DNA from: Lama guanicoe
Lineage: Eukaryota
DNA length: 64,000 nt
Direction of reading: 5' to 3'
NCBI GenBank assembly: GCA_013239625.1
Contig: MU053594.1
Coordinates: forward strand, 398,355-462,354
The translations under genes were made by a program, and so were the position numbers. The notes below the pieces were generated by a model. It did no database searches. It saw only the letters and a list, made by a program, of their open reading frames with translations, and was not told the origin of the DNA. This document shows, piece after piece, positions 12,351 to 24,290 of this stretch (its first letter is position 1; every line of letters starts with the position of its first letter).

Positions 12351-12432
12351 TGAAACAATGAAAACAAAATATTTGTTTTTCTGAGAAATTCCTGAAACAA
12401 TGAAAACAAAATATTTGTTTTTCTGAGAAATT
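12351..12432. repeat. Perfect 40-bp tandem duplication with a 2-bp spacer
   Basis: tgaaacaatgaaaacaaaatatttgtttttctgagaaatt at 12351-12390 and 12393-12432. Confidence 0.93.
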
Positions 12433-12660
12433 TATGAGAAAAATGAGTTTCAGTAGGTCTTTGGTGCCAGAGGAGTTTTATCCCTTAGGAGATGCAAACA
12501 ACTTACAGATTTTGTAGTTGCCTCTGTAATTCCTCAGTAAGAAGGACTTCCTAGAAACCTTCTTAGAGTTGTGAAAACCTCTCCAGCCCTTGGGCATCAC
12601 CTTCTGTGTGTAGAAGCCCACAGTGCCCCCTTTTCCGACTGTTGATTCTGCATTTAACAG

Positions 12661-12839
12661 GCATTCCATGAAGAGTACTCCAGGCTTTACCAGCTTGCCA
12701 AGGAGACCCCCACCGCTCACAGCGACCCTCGCCTTCAGCACGTGCTCGTCTACTTTTTCCAAAACGAAGCACCTAAGAGGGTAGTAGAGCGGACCCTTCT
12801 GGAACAGTTTGCAGATAAAAATCTCAGCTACGATGAAAG
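12661..12839 (+). CDS. USP28: USP28 coding exon
   Basis: tttaacAG / [26 protein letters not shown]...[14 protein letters not shown]; 179 nt. Confidence 0.95.
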
Positions 12840-12942
12840 GTAAGAAGGGGATTCTTCGGAGGATCAGCCTTCCTTCTGGGTCTGGCTTGACCGACTCCCC
12901 TGAGGGGGGCAGCTTTCACAGCCTTCTGAATTTTGTCCACAG

Positions 12943-13021
12943 GTCGATCAGTATTATGAAGGTGGCTCAGGCTAAGCTGAAGGAGATTGGTCCAGATGAC
13001 ATGAACATGGACGAGTACAAG
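12943..13021 (+). CDS. USP28: USP28 coding exon
   Basis: gtccacAG / AAG|GTGAGG; SISIMKVAQAKLKEIGPDDMNMDEYK; 79 nt. Confidence 0.95.
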
Positions 13022-13794
13022 GTGAGGTCCTTTCTTCACGTCCACGAAGCAAAGACAGTCATTTTCTAAAGCAAAACTAACAACTCTGTGTTATCACTGA
13101 CTCTCCCCCCCAAAAAAAACTGAGTAAGAATGAATAAATGATCTTTCCTTACCCTTAGAAGAGACAGTTTCTTTATTCCATTTTTCTGTTCGACTAAATC
13201 AACACTTCATTTCCTTTAAATACCCACTTTAGTCTTGTTTTAGACAACATAGTTCTTGGTTTTGGCCTGTTTTAAATAATATACTTTTCTACTGTTTCTA
13301 TATTGGAAACTAAATTTTTGTGCGTTCAAATGCTCACATAAAAGAAACTTTTTTTTAAAGGCATTGCGTTGTAGGTAAAACAATGTTACGTGCTGCCCAA
13401 GGTGGGCCACCTAGAGTTTGGGTGTTATTCTGTGTGGTTGGAACAGCCTTGTCCCTCCATCTTCCCCACATCTGGGTGGTTTTGTCAGAACTTGAGAGGC
13501 CATTCACTGAGATCAGAGTTGAATGCCTTTGACGTGGGTGTTGGAAATTAAGACACTAAATTCTAAAGCTTATAAATATTTCTGTTCCTCTGCAGAAGCA
13601 ACAGGGTCAAAAGTAAGGTCAGCAGTAGACTTTTATGCTAAATATTGAAAATTGTATTATCTGAAAGCTTTTGCATCTCTTTGTCCCTGGCCATATGTGC
13701 TCAATAAATAGTTGTATTGAGTTTAAAATTCACTGTGGTAGAAAGTGCAGAAGTAATTGTGGTCCTAATCATTCACGGCTGTCCTTCCTTTCAG

Positions 13795-13874
13795 AAGTGG
13801 CATGAAGATTACAGTTTGTTTCGAAAGGTGTCTGTGTATCTCCTGACAGGCCTGGAACTCTATCAGAAAGGAAA
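13795..13874 (+). CDS. USP28: USP28 coding exon
   Basis: cctttcAG / AAA|GTAAGT; KWHEDYSLFRKVSVYLLTGLELYQKG; 80 nt. Confidence 0.95.
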
Positions 13875-14427
13875 GTAAGTTGGCCTCTTACGTCACTAAG
13901 GTCAGGACGCTGTTACTTGTTGATGCCCATCCAGGAATTCTAAGAACACAGCTGCGTCCGCTCCCTTGTCACACGCACCAGCAGGCCTCTGCTCTTTCCA
14001 GCGTTTCACTTCGGCTTTGCTCTGAACATCACACATGCCCTTTCACCCGTCACAGAATGGTGGATTTATTACTAGAGAGATACAGTGGCCAAATTTTTTG
14101 TGATCAATGAAAGTGAACGCAGAAAACGAATTTTAGCGTTGGCTTGGACCTTTTTGAGCATAGTCTGCTTCTTTGCTTTATTGTTGGGAAAAACAGAAGC
14201 CCAGGGAAGTTCCTGATGGGCCTTGGGTTTCTTGGCCAGTTTGCAGAGGAGCTGAGAGTGGCTGTGGTCTTTGGCCGTCAGGCTTTTCCCAGTGCCTCGT
14301 GCTGCCTCCATCCTGAAGCCTTTTCCATAATGCGGCCAATTGCGTTCTTATTTTAGGGGTCAGTGGGGTCTAAGCCCTGGATCTGGGGAAGGGGCACTGA
14401 GCTGTGTTTTATCTACCGGTTTCTCAG

Positions 14428-14551
14428 GTACCAAGAGGCCCTTTCCTACCTGGTGTACGCCTACCAGAGCAATGCCGCCCTGCTGACCAAGGGGCCCCGC
14501 CGGGGCGTGAAGGAGTCGGTAATCGCTTTATACCGAAGAAAATGCCTTCTG
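14428..14551 (+). CDS. USP28: USP28 coding exon
   Basis: ttctcAG / CTG|GTTTGT; YQEALSYLVYAYQSNAALLTKGPRRGVKESVIALYRRKCLL; 124 nt. Confidence 0.95.
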
Positions 14552-14656
14552 GTTTGTGCTGTTTGTAAAGCCTTACAATTTGTGTTGTTTTATTATGTTT
14601 ACCTCTGCTCCTTGTAGGCATGAAGAAATATAACTTAAAACACAAAAATATCTCGT

Positions 14657-14830
14657 GGGGAGGGTACATAGCTCAAGTGGTAGAATGCGTGCTTAGCATG
14701 CAGAAGGTCCGGGGCTCAGTCCCAGTACCTCCTCTAAAAATAAAAAAAACCTAATTCCCTCCCCTCTGCCAAAATAAAACAATTAAATAATGCAATAATA
14801 AATTTTTTAAAAGAATTAAAAAAAACAAAA
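14657..14830 (+). mobile_element. tRNA-Ala-derived SINE (Vic-1-like)
   Basis: GGGGAGGGTACATAGCTCAAGTGGTAGAATGCGTGCTTAGCATG... followed by an A-rich tail. Confidence 0.88.
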
Positions 14831-16206
14831 AACAAATACATCTCCAAGGGGTTTTGGATTTTTCCAAACTCTTAAGAGTAGTTTTACATTGAAACAGATT
14901 GTGCCATCAGTCATTTCAGTTGCAGTCATTCGTCCACTCCCGGTAGAGGCTGGGATGAGCACGACCCCTGTTCTGTGCCCTTCCTGTGTGCCTGCATCCG
15001 CCGTAGCTTTTATCACGGGGCGTCTCTCCTAGATGTGAGTTCCCTAAGCTCAGAGCCTCTTCTTACTCAGCTGTTTTTCTCGGTGCCTGGCAGGTACTAA
15101 GCATATAATAAAAATTTGTTAGAGGAATGCAGTTGTTTTCTGTGTTCCCTGCTAAGCTAGGAAATGAGAGTCTTAGTGACTTCTGAAGAGATTCCAGTTT
15201 TTTTTTTTAAAAGGTATGAACCATAAGGGTTGGTCCTGCAGTTTTGCTAATACTGTTGTCATACAGCACTGGAGAGCTGTCCTGGCCTGCTTTGCGTTCG
15301 GCCGCCACGTGGGAAGGCAGCCCCGTAGCCCGTCTGCCTCCCCAGGGATTTCTACAGGTGCTTGTCCTTCGGAAGACTACAGAGGAGGCTTGCCCTCTGA
15401 CCGTGTGCTTGCGTTTGGCCTCCCTGACGCCGGGCACAATTGCCCTTCTCGGGGGAGTGAGGCCAGCGTTTCTGCCACTGCCTCTGGTGCCTCTGGTTAA
15501 TAGCAAGTGGAGGAGATTGTCATGATGTATATTTATCTCAAGAGCTTCATTTTCTAATTTATACTTGGATTCCTGTATCAGTTATAGATGTAGCAAGGCA
15601 TTTTTAAGCTGAAAAGGGGAACCTGTAGATTTGATGGATCTGAATTCTGTTAGAGGCATGCTTTTATTTTTTAGATCACCAAATACGGATTACATTCTGA
15701 CCGTCCTGCTCAGCTTCCGCAGGGAGGCAGCAGGGATTTAGATTCTTTCATCTCCGGCTCCTCCACCCCCGGGGTGCGCCAGAAGCACCTAAGTAGGAGC
15801 TTTCACATGGTGGTGACCTGAGCTGAGCCTCTGGGGAGAACTGCAGGCACAGCTTGCTTTCTGCTGGTGATTCTGACATTCACTGAAGATTGAGAACCGT
15901 TGACTAGGGCTTTTGGTAGGAGTGGGTGTTGAGCATGACCTTGACTTGTGCGTCTAGGCCAGTGGGTCAGAGACGTCTTTGCTGCATCAGGATCTCCTTG
16001 GGGACACTAAAAAAATCCCATTGCCCAGGTCACCTGAATATCAGTTAAATCCGTGTGTCTGAGGAGGGGCGAGAGAAGTTTTTAAAGATTCCCCAGGCAA
16101 TTCCAGTATACAGGAAAGTTTGGGAACTATCTGTTTAGATTCTTCTAAAATAGATATTTATCTTCTTTTTCAGGCTTGGTTTTTTAACTCTGCTTTTTAT
16201 CTGTAG

Positions 16207-16402
16207 GAGCTGAATGCCAGAGCAGCTTCTCTCTTTGAAACAAATGATGACCACTCTGTAACTGAGGGCATCAACGTGATGAATGAGCTGATCATTCCCT
16301 GCATTCACCTTATCATTAATAACGACATCTCCAAGGATGACCTGGATGCCATTGAGATCATGAGGAACCACTGGTGCTCTTACCTTGGGCAAGATATTGC
16401 AG
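16207..16402 (+). CDS. USP28: USP28 coding exon
   Basis: atctgtAG / CAG|GTGTGT; ELNARAASLFETNDDHSVTEGINVMNELIIPCIHL...HWCSYLGQDIA; 196 nt. Confidence 0.95.
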
Positions 16403-17440
16403 GTGTGTGGGTGTTACCACTTGCAAGAATTTCTAAGGCTCCTGAGAATCCTAGAAATTACAGTGGACTTTATTCTATAGCAATGACTGTCAAACCTTAT
16501 TAAGGGATTGGAAGCCCCAGGCATGTAAGTTGAGTTAAAAGTGAATCTGCTCTGTTGAAGCAAGGAACATGAGCCTGAACCCCTTACCGCCTCTGTGGCT
16601 GTTGTCACCTCCACAGACAGCCAGCCAGCCCTGTTTGAATAAACCACTGCTCTGCAGGAATGTCAGACTTCTGTTACTTTTTCATCTGCCAGTAACTGAA
16701 CTCCAGTAATTTTATAGTTGAAAAATACAAATCTGTTTGTGAGCTTAATTACCTGATGGTTCCATAACTAGATTTTCCTGTCACTTGAAGTTGCAAGACG
16801 TAAACTTATTATTAACTATGATGCCTTCAAGGTTGATAAATTAGTAAATGGATTATCTGTGTGTTTTGGAGAGGAATCCTAAAACTAGTTACTTTCAGGT
16901 GAGTTTGGTAGACATAGAAGGTTGGTATGTATCCTAATATGAATCCTCTTTGTTAGTTTCTCACAGATGTAAAGATATTCTGTTGACTTTTCGAAGTGTT
17001 CAAGTTTATAATATTTATTGAAAAACTATAATAATTACAAGCTACCAACTTCCGTTTAATGTCTTCAGTTCTTCTTTAGACCATGTGTGATATATGGCTT
17101 TACTTAATGCCATGTGTATACACTGGTATGTTTTAATTATTTGAAAGAAACTAGCAGCATTATATTTATGGTACAGAGTATCATACCACTTTCTCAGCTT
17201 TTAAAAGGATGACTGACTAGAAGATCTGTCCATAATGAAGTGACTGTATGTGTCAGATGACTTAAAGCAGTGACCTAAAGCTTTGCTATATTTGGCAAAT
17301 AGGTCTTTGCTCCTGGTTTGGCCTGAAGGAGTCATCATTTGTTCTCAGCTGGCCAGTAGTGCTTTGACCTTTGAGGTTGGGTGATGGCTATATGGAAGGC
17401 TTTCCTGTGTAGCAGACTTACTCATTTTTACTCAGAGATC

Positions 17441-17681
17441 TTTTTTTTTTTTTTTTTTTAATTGAGGTACAGTCAGTTACAGTGTGTCAGTCTCTGGTGC
17501 ACAGCACAATGTCCCAGTCATGCATATACACACATATATTAGTTTTCTTTTTTTTTTCCATTAAAGGTTATTACAAGGTATTGAACATAGTTCAATAAGA
17601 AACTTGTTTTAAAATCTATTTTTAGATACAGTGGCTAACATTTGTAAATCTCAAACTCCCAAATTTATCCCCTCCCACCTC
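17441..17681 (-). mobile_element. LINE-1 3' UTR fragment
   Basis: Poly-T plus sequence like the other L1 3' ends; TSD actcagagatctttt starting at 17430 and 17682. Confidence 0.88.
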
Positions 17682-17731
17682 ACTCAGAGATCTTTTCAGC
17701 TGTACAGTAACCATCTGTTTTCCCTCCACAG

Positions 17732-17907
17732 AAAATCTGCAGCTGTGCTTAGGGGAATTTCTGCCCAGGCTTCTAGACCCTTCTGCAGAAATCATTGTCT
17801 TGAAGGAGCCTCCAACTATTCGACCCAATTCCCCCTACGACCTTTGCAGCCGGTTTGCAGCCGTCATGGAGTCAATTCAAGGAGTTTCAACCGTGACCGT
17901 GAAATAA
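17732..17907 (+). CDS. USP28: USP28 last coding exon (to TAA)
   Basis: ccctccacAG; (E)NLQLCLGEFLPRLLDPSAEIIVLKEPPTIRPNSPYDLCSRFAAVMESIQGVSTVTVK*. Confidence 0.96.
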
Positions 17908-18955
17908 GCCCCGAGGTGTCCAAGGCCCATCCTGGTCTTTGGTTGACTGCCTGTTGCACAGAAGTCTGTTGTCACAGTGTTTACTTTGAGAAACGGATTA
18001 GGTGAAAAAGTTAAGATTCAGATCCAGAGCCCGACCATGCTATGTGTGTAAAGAAGAATTGAAAATAAAGTTGCACTTTTTAGGTACAGGATCATAAAAG
18101 CAATTTCACTGGAAAAGGCAGAAACCAGTGTATTAAGATATTGATTGATGCCAGAAGACCTGAAATGCCTCATGTACCTGTAAGACGGCTTGGGCTTTTT
18201 CTAAGCCTCTTGCCACTTTTTAAATTATCCTTCAGGCATAAACATTTTTGACAGCAGAACTGAAGCGTGATTCATCAGAACCTGAGCCAGATGAATAGCA
18301 GCTAGTTATTTTATCAAATACAGATGGCATTAAAAAAATTCTTAACGTCCAGAGATGAGAAGTGAAAACCTTGCCTGGCTCTTGACAGGAGATGACAGAA
18401 GGGTTGCTGATGAATCACCGCCCGTTCACGTGTGGGTCGAATGTAAGGTCACGTGGCAGCGAGATGCCGAAAAGTCAAAGCTGCCTCTCCTTTCTTTCTT
18501 CTCTCTCTTTTATTCTATATTTTTGAATAAACCAGAAAACCTCATACTCAGTCCTGAGCGAAAGAAAGGAAAGCATTACGGACTTTAGACAGAAGAGCAG
18601 CGTCGTGGAACTTGACAAAAGATAGTGCTTTCATATTTGCTTAACCATTTATGTAAAATTTTCTAGCATCTGAAAATTGTCAAAAACACATACATATCTA
18701 AGGCTGCTGCTGGCCCAGGAGAACGTTTTGATGCCCCTCCCCTTTTTTGCTTTAAAAAAAAATAAGGGGTGTGGGTTTGTAAAAAGAAAAAAAAACTATA
18801 TATATATATGTATATGTAGAGAGAGAAATCCCCCCATTGACCATTTTTTAAAAGTTCCAGATTGGGTATTGTGTTTTAACCAAATTTTAAGATTAATGAG
18901 GGAATCGTGGGAGGGAAGAACACTTGATACAACTATGCAGATTTTATAAATGTGC

Positions 18956-18961
18956 AATAAA
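18956..18961 (+). terminator. USP28: Probable main USP28 polyadenylation signal (further AATAAA at 18064 and 18526)
   Basis: AATAAA about 1.05 kb after the stop, followed by T/GT-rich sequence. Confidence 0.65.
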
Positions 18962-19056
18962 AGTATTTGTTTTACCTTTGGAATGTAGCGTGGCTTCATT
19001 TAAATACATACTTTCAGTTTTGGACTCAGTGAGTATGTCACGTGTTAGTTTTTCTT

Positions 19057-19173
19057 TTTTCTTTTTTTTTTTTTTTTTGTTTTTTTATTTATTTAGTTAC
19101 TTATTTTTGGAGTCCATACCAGGGATTGAACCCAGCACCTTGTGCATGCTAAGCACGCGCTCTTCCCTCCCCC
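19057..19173 (-). mobile_element. tRNA-Ala-derived SINE with internal deletion of the A-box region
   Basis: gggattgaacccagcaccttgtgcatgctaagcacgcgctc; T-rich tail; TSD ttagtttttctt at 19045-19056 and 19174-19185. Confidence 0.85.
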
Positions 19174-22105
19174 TTAGTTTTTCTTCAGAAGGAAAAGGCA
19201 GGTTACAGGGTTGAGAGGTTTGATGGGGATGAAGTAAGAGCAGACAGCAGTCACTTCTTGAGCAGCACCTAGTGGTGGCTGATAGCTTGTCATCTCATTT
19301 CTAGTTGCATTACATGTAAGTGTCAGTGGATGGAAGGACTCCCAAATTGGAAAGCTCACCCCTAATGTGTGGGTCCTTGCCCGCTGACTGAGAAAGAATT
19401 CTCAGTAGAGGCAGAGGGACCAAGTGGAAAAAGAGCGGCTTTCATTGCTCAGAGAGTTGGAGTTAGCAGTGGTTCCGACGCTGGCCATCAATCCAGAATC
19501 AGCCGTCACTTTAAAACACAGCTGCCCAGGCCTCGACCCTGTGGATCCTGACTCCTTAGATCCGGGCTGGGCCCATCACAGGTGATTCTGACGGACACAC
19601 GGCCACAACTGAGAACGAATTCCCAGAACTACGCCTACCAATGAAGTGGCTTTTGCAGTTAGTTTCCTCAACACCCTGAATTCTCTGGTTTCATGGTCTG
19701 TAACCTCTTTCAATGATAGGTTGCAGGCTTCTATGCTTTCTGAATTAATATGTTTTACCTTCGGCACACTCCTCATGTTAAACTCAACTTTGATGGAGAT
19801 GGAGAAAAATCTTGTTTTCTGTGTAATTAACCTTTCCTTTAATTAGCATAAACACTTAAAATTTGCTTGTAAGCTCACCTTCTCAGCTGTTTGGTCACTA
19901 CATTGCTTTTCCCTGAACCGTTACAGAAATTTTCCACATTCTTCTAAGTTGTTGAACACTCAACTGATCTTTTAATCTGCTACAAGTCAGAGTGGAAGTG
20001 GCTTAAGTGATTTTTGAAGGGCACTTTTACGTCCTCCTCCCTTTAAAGCACTCTTGTTTGCTGCGTTGCTCAGTAGGTTGTTGGCTAGTTACAACGACCC
20101 TGCCACCTTGCTGTGTAGCTAGTTGGCCATTTATAAACAGGTGAATGGATCCTATGGGGCAGAGACCTGGTCTATTCCCTTCTCAAAATAAGCCTGGATG
20201 TTCCTGCAATGAAGAGGACCAGAAATTGTGATAATAAGCAATGAGCAGAAGTATTAACTTTGAGTAGAAGTAGGGGCTAACAACCTTCTAAAGAATGTAG
20301 GTGATGGGACTGATAGGCTGGCACAAAAGTGCCCAGAAACTGCCAGTTGTGAGCTTTGAAAATTAAATGTGGGCTGGTCCTGGTGTTAATTGTATGGATG
20401 GAGCTATGACCACTTTTCTATCTAGAGTCCTAACAGCGGGCTGGAGGTACCACTCATGCCAAAGATGCTCTTCCCAAATGAGCACTCAGATTGTAACAGT
20501 AAGGACAGAACCCCCACTGATGATGACCTGGAAGCAGCATGGTCATTCACTAAGTCATCTTGACTGTCCCTGCTTAAGGAATAGCCAGGTCTCACATTCC
20601 TGAGTCACACAGTTCTGGAGCTTTCCTGTTAACAAATCACTGCTGAATCAGTAGGTCTCTTAGGAGGATGTGGTTCCTGGAGAGAATATTGACATTGGAC
20701 TGTAACACAACTGAGTTCAAATACTGGCTAAACCTGCTTTCCTGGTCTTTAAAACAAGAAAAGCCTTAACCCTGCAGTTAGGTCCTAAGGGTTAAAGGAG
20801 GCCATAGATGCAGCAATGGCTGGGTGTAAAGAGCGTCCAATTCAGTTCTCATGGGGAAACACATCTTGGGGCAAGAATCGTAAGGCTTGTCCTTGGCCTG
20901 CGTAGTGCTCCAGGTGGGTACTAAACACTTGGGGCATAATGTAGATATCCAGGGGGTCATGGACTCTGACCAGTGGATGTGTTCATATTAGCCGATCTAA
21001 GTGGGAGAGAGAGATGTTGAAAGGATCAGGGCTTACGCTGGATGGAAACACGACAGTATTTCCCATCTGATTCTTTCCTTGTGCTAGATATATTTTTTTC
21101 TTTTATCTTTTTATTGGACGGCCTGGGCTTGATAGAGTACGATGAGTCAATAGCTTTCTTTTTGTTTCCACTGCTACCTTCCAGTATGATCTTTCAGATG
21201 TCCTTTCAGCATCTCAGGAAGATTTCAGAGCTTTCTTGTCATGTTTGAGTATTAAAATAAAAATGTTCATGAATTATAGAGTCTGAATGCATCTAGATCA
21301 AAAGTTCACTGTCATCCATTTGCATCAGGGCTTCTCCCTGGCCTTGGTTCAGGCCCCAATCTGAAGTTCAGGGACCAGCAGTAAGAAAGGAGCTGCAGGA
21401 TGCTCTTCCACTGCCCTGCTCCGTTCCCCACCTCCCCCCTAACTTCTGCTGCCCTAGAGCCTGGGAAAGGAGGGTTTCTAGGAGAATAAGGCAATGGACA
21501 TTGTTTCCTTTTTAAAGAAACAGCTAATTTTGTTTGTAATTCTCTCTTGGTTCTCAAATGTTCTTTGTTATGGCAAGAATCCAATTACTAGCTCTTGTGT
21601 GGGCTATTTTATGGGTTCTTCAGAGAACCCTATAGAAAACCACATTATTCCAGGATACGGCTTTCTGGCTGACTTCTTACAGCCCCTCTCAGCTCCTGCT
21701 CTAGTCACTCACCCTTTCCAGCGATGCTCAGGGACAGTGCCACCCAGACTGCCTTCCCCAGCATCCATTTGGGCTATGGAAAGCTCACTGTCCTTGCCCC
21801 AGTAAGAGGCAGAAGTCAGGTGCTGCCACTCTGCCCCTCTCAGCCTGCTCCCCCGCAGGCTGCTCCAGTTGTGGTCAGACACCCTTCTCTGTGCCTCCAG
21901 AGCGCAGGGCTTTCTGCAGCTCAGCAGGGGTGGGATGGGTGTGTTTCAGATACAGGTCTTCCCTGCTGGGAACAGCTCCACCTCTGAGTAGTTCTCTTGA
22001 GGTCCATCTCTACCCCGTTGCTCACAGAGAAGGGTAGAGACATCACAGTGCTCCCAACTGTTATGAATTCCCTTCCAGGAATCCTCCTTCATGAAGGTGC
22101 TTCCC

Positions 22106-22218
22106 TTTTTTTGTTTGTTTGTTTTTGTTTTTGTTTTTGGAGGAGGTACTGGGGATTGAACATGGGACCTGGTGCATGTTAAGCATGCGCTCTACCACTT
22201 TAGCTATACCTGCCCCCC
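22106..22218 (-). mobile_element. tRNA-Ala-derived SINE (Vic-1-like)
   Basis: ggggattgaacatgggacctggtgcatgttaagcatgcgctctaccactttagctatac preceded by a T-rich tail. Confidence 0.87.
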
Positions 22219-23879
22219 TCCCCCGCCTCCAACCCGGGGTTCTCTTATGTAGGCTGTTGGGTATGAAGGCCAACCAGTTTGGTCAGTTCTTACTAACAAT
22301 GTGTTGAGCCCTTGTCTTTAGAATACAGGCATATATCACCCATGGGACTTGGTTCTGAGGCTCTGGTCAGAATTCTGGATGACAAAACAGTCTATACACA
22401 TCCTGTAAATGTGGATGAGGTAGCAAGAACAACTGGCTTAAAAAAATAAATCCATCAATTAGTAGAATGGAACATCTCTCAGCTCCTTATTAGAGATCAG
22501 TGACTGCGAACATTTTCCTAACTCTGAATTTTGTATTGTCCGGCTCCTGGCGGCTAAGACACATCTCCTGTCTAGAAGCCCAGGAAACCATTTCTGACTT
22601 CTCTCCCATCCCCAAATGTGTCTAACCCATGGGACTTTTCCCTCAGAAACTGTCTCAGAGGTTCAGAAGGATAACAGATGAGTATTTTAATAGGGACTTT
22701 CTGGAGTGCTTTCTCTGCTGATCGTGAAATGCTCCGATCCAAAGGAAGGCTGGTGGAGAAGACAGTAGCACTGAACGCATCAAATTGTAACTGCATCAAA
22801 TCTGGCGAGTCGCTGAGTTCTTTTCTTTCAATGCCTTGCACATAATAAAAGCTTTTGACTTGAAACACTGATTGATTGATGTCCCTTTTTGTTTCTAATA
22901 CATATGACAACACATTTCCCCATGTGTAACCACAACAAAGAGATGCTTTTAATGTTGAAATAATTTGCCACAAATGTATGAGAAAAAGCTGTGTTGAAGC
23001 TAAGATTTAATTACTTCTATTTTTATGTCTCATTATTTTCTGTACAAAACAGGTAGATAAAAGCAGTGGTAGTTTTAGGTAAAAAGCATCTTCTTTCTCG
23101 GACTCTTTCTCTAAAAGTGGATTCTGGCCAGAATGCATGTGACATTCCCTTCTGGGGATGACATGCTGTTGGCTAACTGAGAATCAATCAGCAGTCCCTG
23201 CCTAACTTCTTTTTTTTCTTGATGCCTTTGTGTCCTTTATCAGGACAGTTGGGAAGACAGGCTATTTTCTCTTAAACCCTTACTTTGTGTTCGTTTCTTT
23301 GCAGAGAAAGCCAGAATCACAGCACCTGCACATGTGGGATTAGGATGCGGGCTGCAAGCCACCAGCAGGAGCAGGTGAGCCACCTGACCACAGAGACCCT
23401 GTTTAGACCTCAACAAAAGCACAGAGCACACGATTTTTCTTGCAGGTCTTTGGTTTTTCCTTCCGCTTCGCTGCTAGTTTTCCCTTTGTTCTGGTGGATT
23501 GTCTCGGCAACCCATTCCCAGGAAGCAGCAGGATGGGGTGACAAAAGGCTGTTACGACGTCAAAACCCCAGATTCAAGTCCTGGCCAGTTAATCATTCAC
23601 TGAAGTCATGTTGCTTAACTTCTTAATTTCCTCATTAGCAAAACAAATAATATCTGTCCTCCCAATCTCAAAAAAAAAAATTAAAAAAGCCCTCAAGATA
23701 CATTAAATAAAGCACACAAGTGATGTGAAAGCATGCTGTAATCTTGTAAACCCCACACAACTGTGCGGTGGGGAAAAGGTGTTAGGGAAGGGCGAGCAGG
23801 CTGCGGCTGCAGGCGGCTGGGGGCTGAGCGCCTGTTCTGGCCACATGCTTGGCTTCCCGTGGTCCTGAGCACAGAGCCA

Positions 23880-24290
23880 ACAGTCTCCAGGCCCTAAGAG
23901 CCCTACACGTCCTGTAAGACCTGGCTCCTTCCTACTTTACCAGCCTCGCCTTATGCTTTTGTCTCTCTCCATCTAGAACTGCTGGCCAGCCCTTAGCTTT
24001 TTCAGCCAGTCATCATTTCCCTAGGGTACCCACTCATTTCACCTGACTAGGTTAAATTCCTCCAATTGCATGATATGTACCTTTCAAATTTGTCAAGTTC
24101 GTCACGGTTACAATTTGCATTCATGTAAGTGATTTCTCATTAATATTTGTCTCCTCTATTCGCCTATACCCCTATAGGAGGGGTAGGGATAAATTTTGTC
24201 TTATCATTTTATTCCTGGTTGCTAGCACAATGCCTGGCACATTGTAGATACTCAATAAATATTTGTTAAATGAGTGAATAAACGGTCGGA
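23880..24290 (+). mobile_element. LINE-2 3' remnant
   Basis: ctagcacaatgcctggcacattgtagatactcaataaatatttgttaaatgagtgaat is a typical L2 3' end. Confidence 0.7.

Noticed and set aside
13792..16209. NAGNAG tandem acceptors (CAGAAG at 13792, TAGGAG at 16204)
   Set aside because: Common pattern; distal AAG and GAG are usually weak, and there is no evidence of use
22572..22973. 133-aa minus-strand intergenic ORF
   Set aside because: Non-ATG start, no recognisable homology, and no splice partner that I can support
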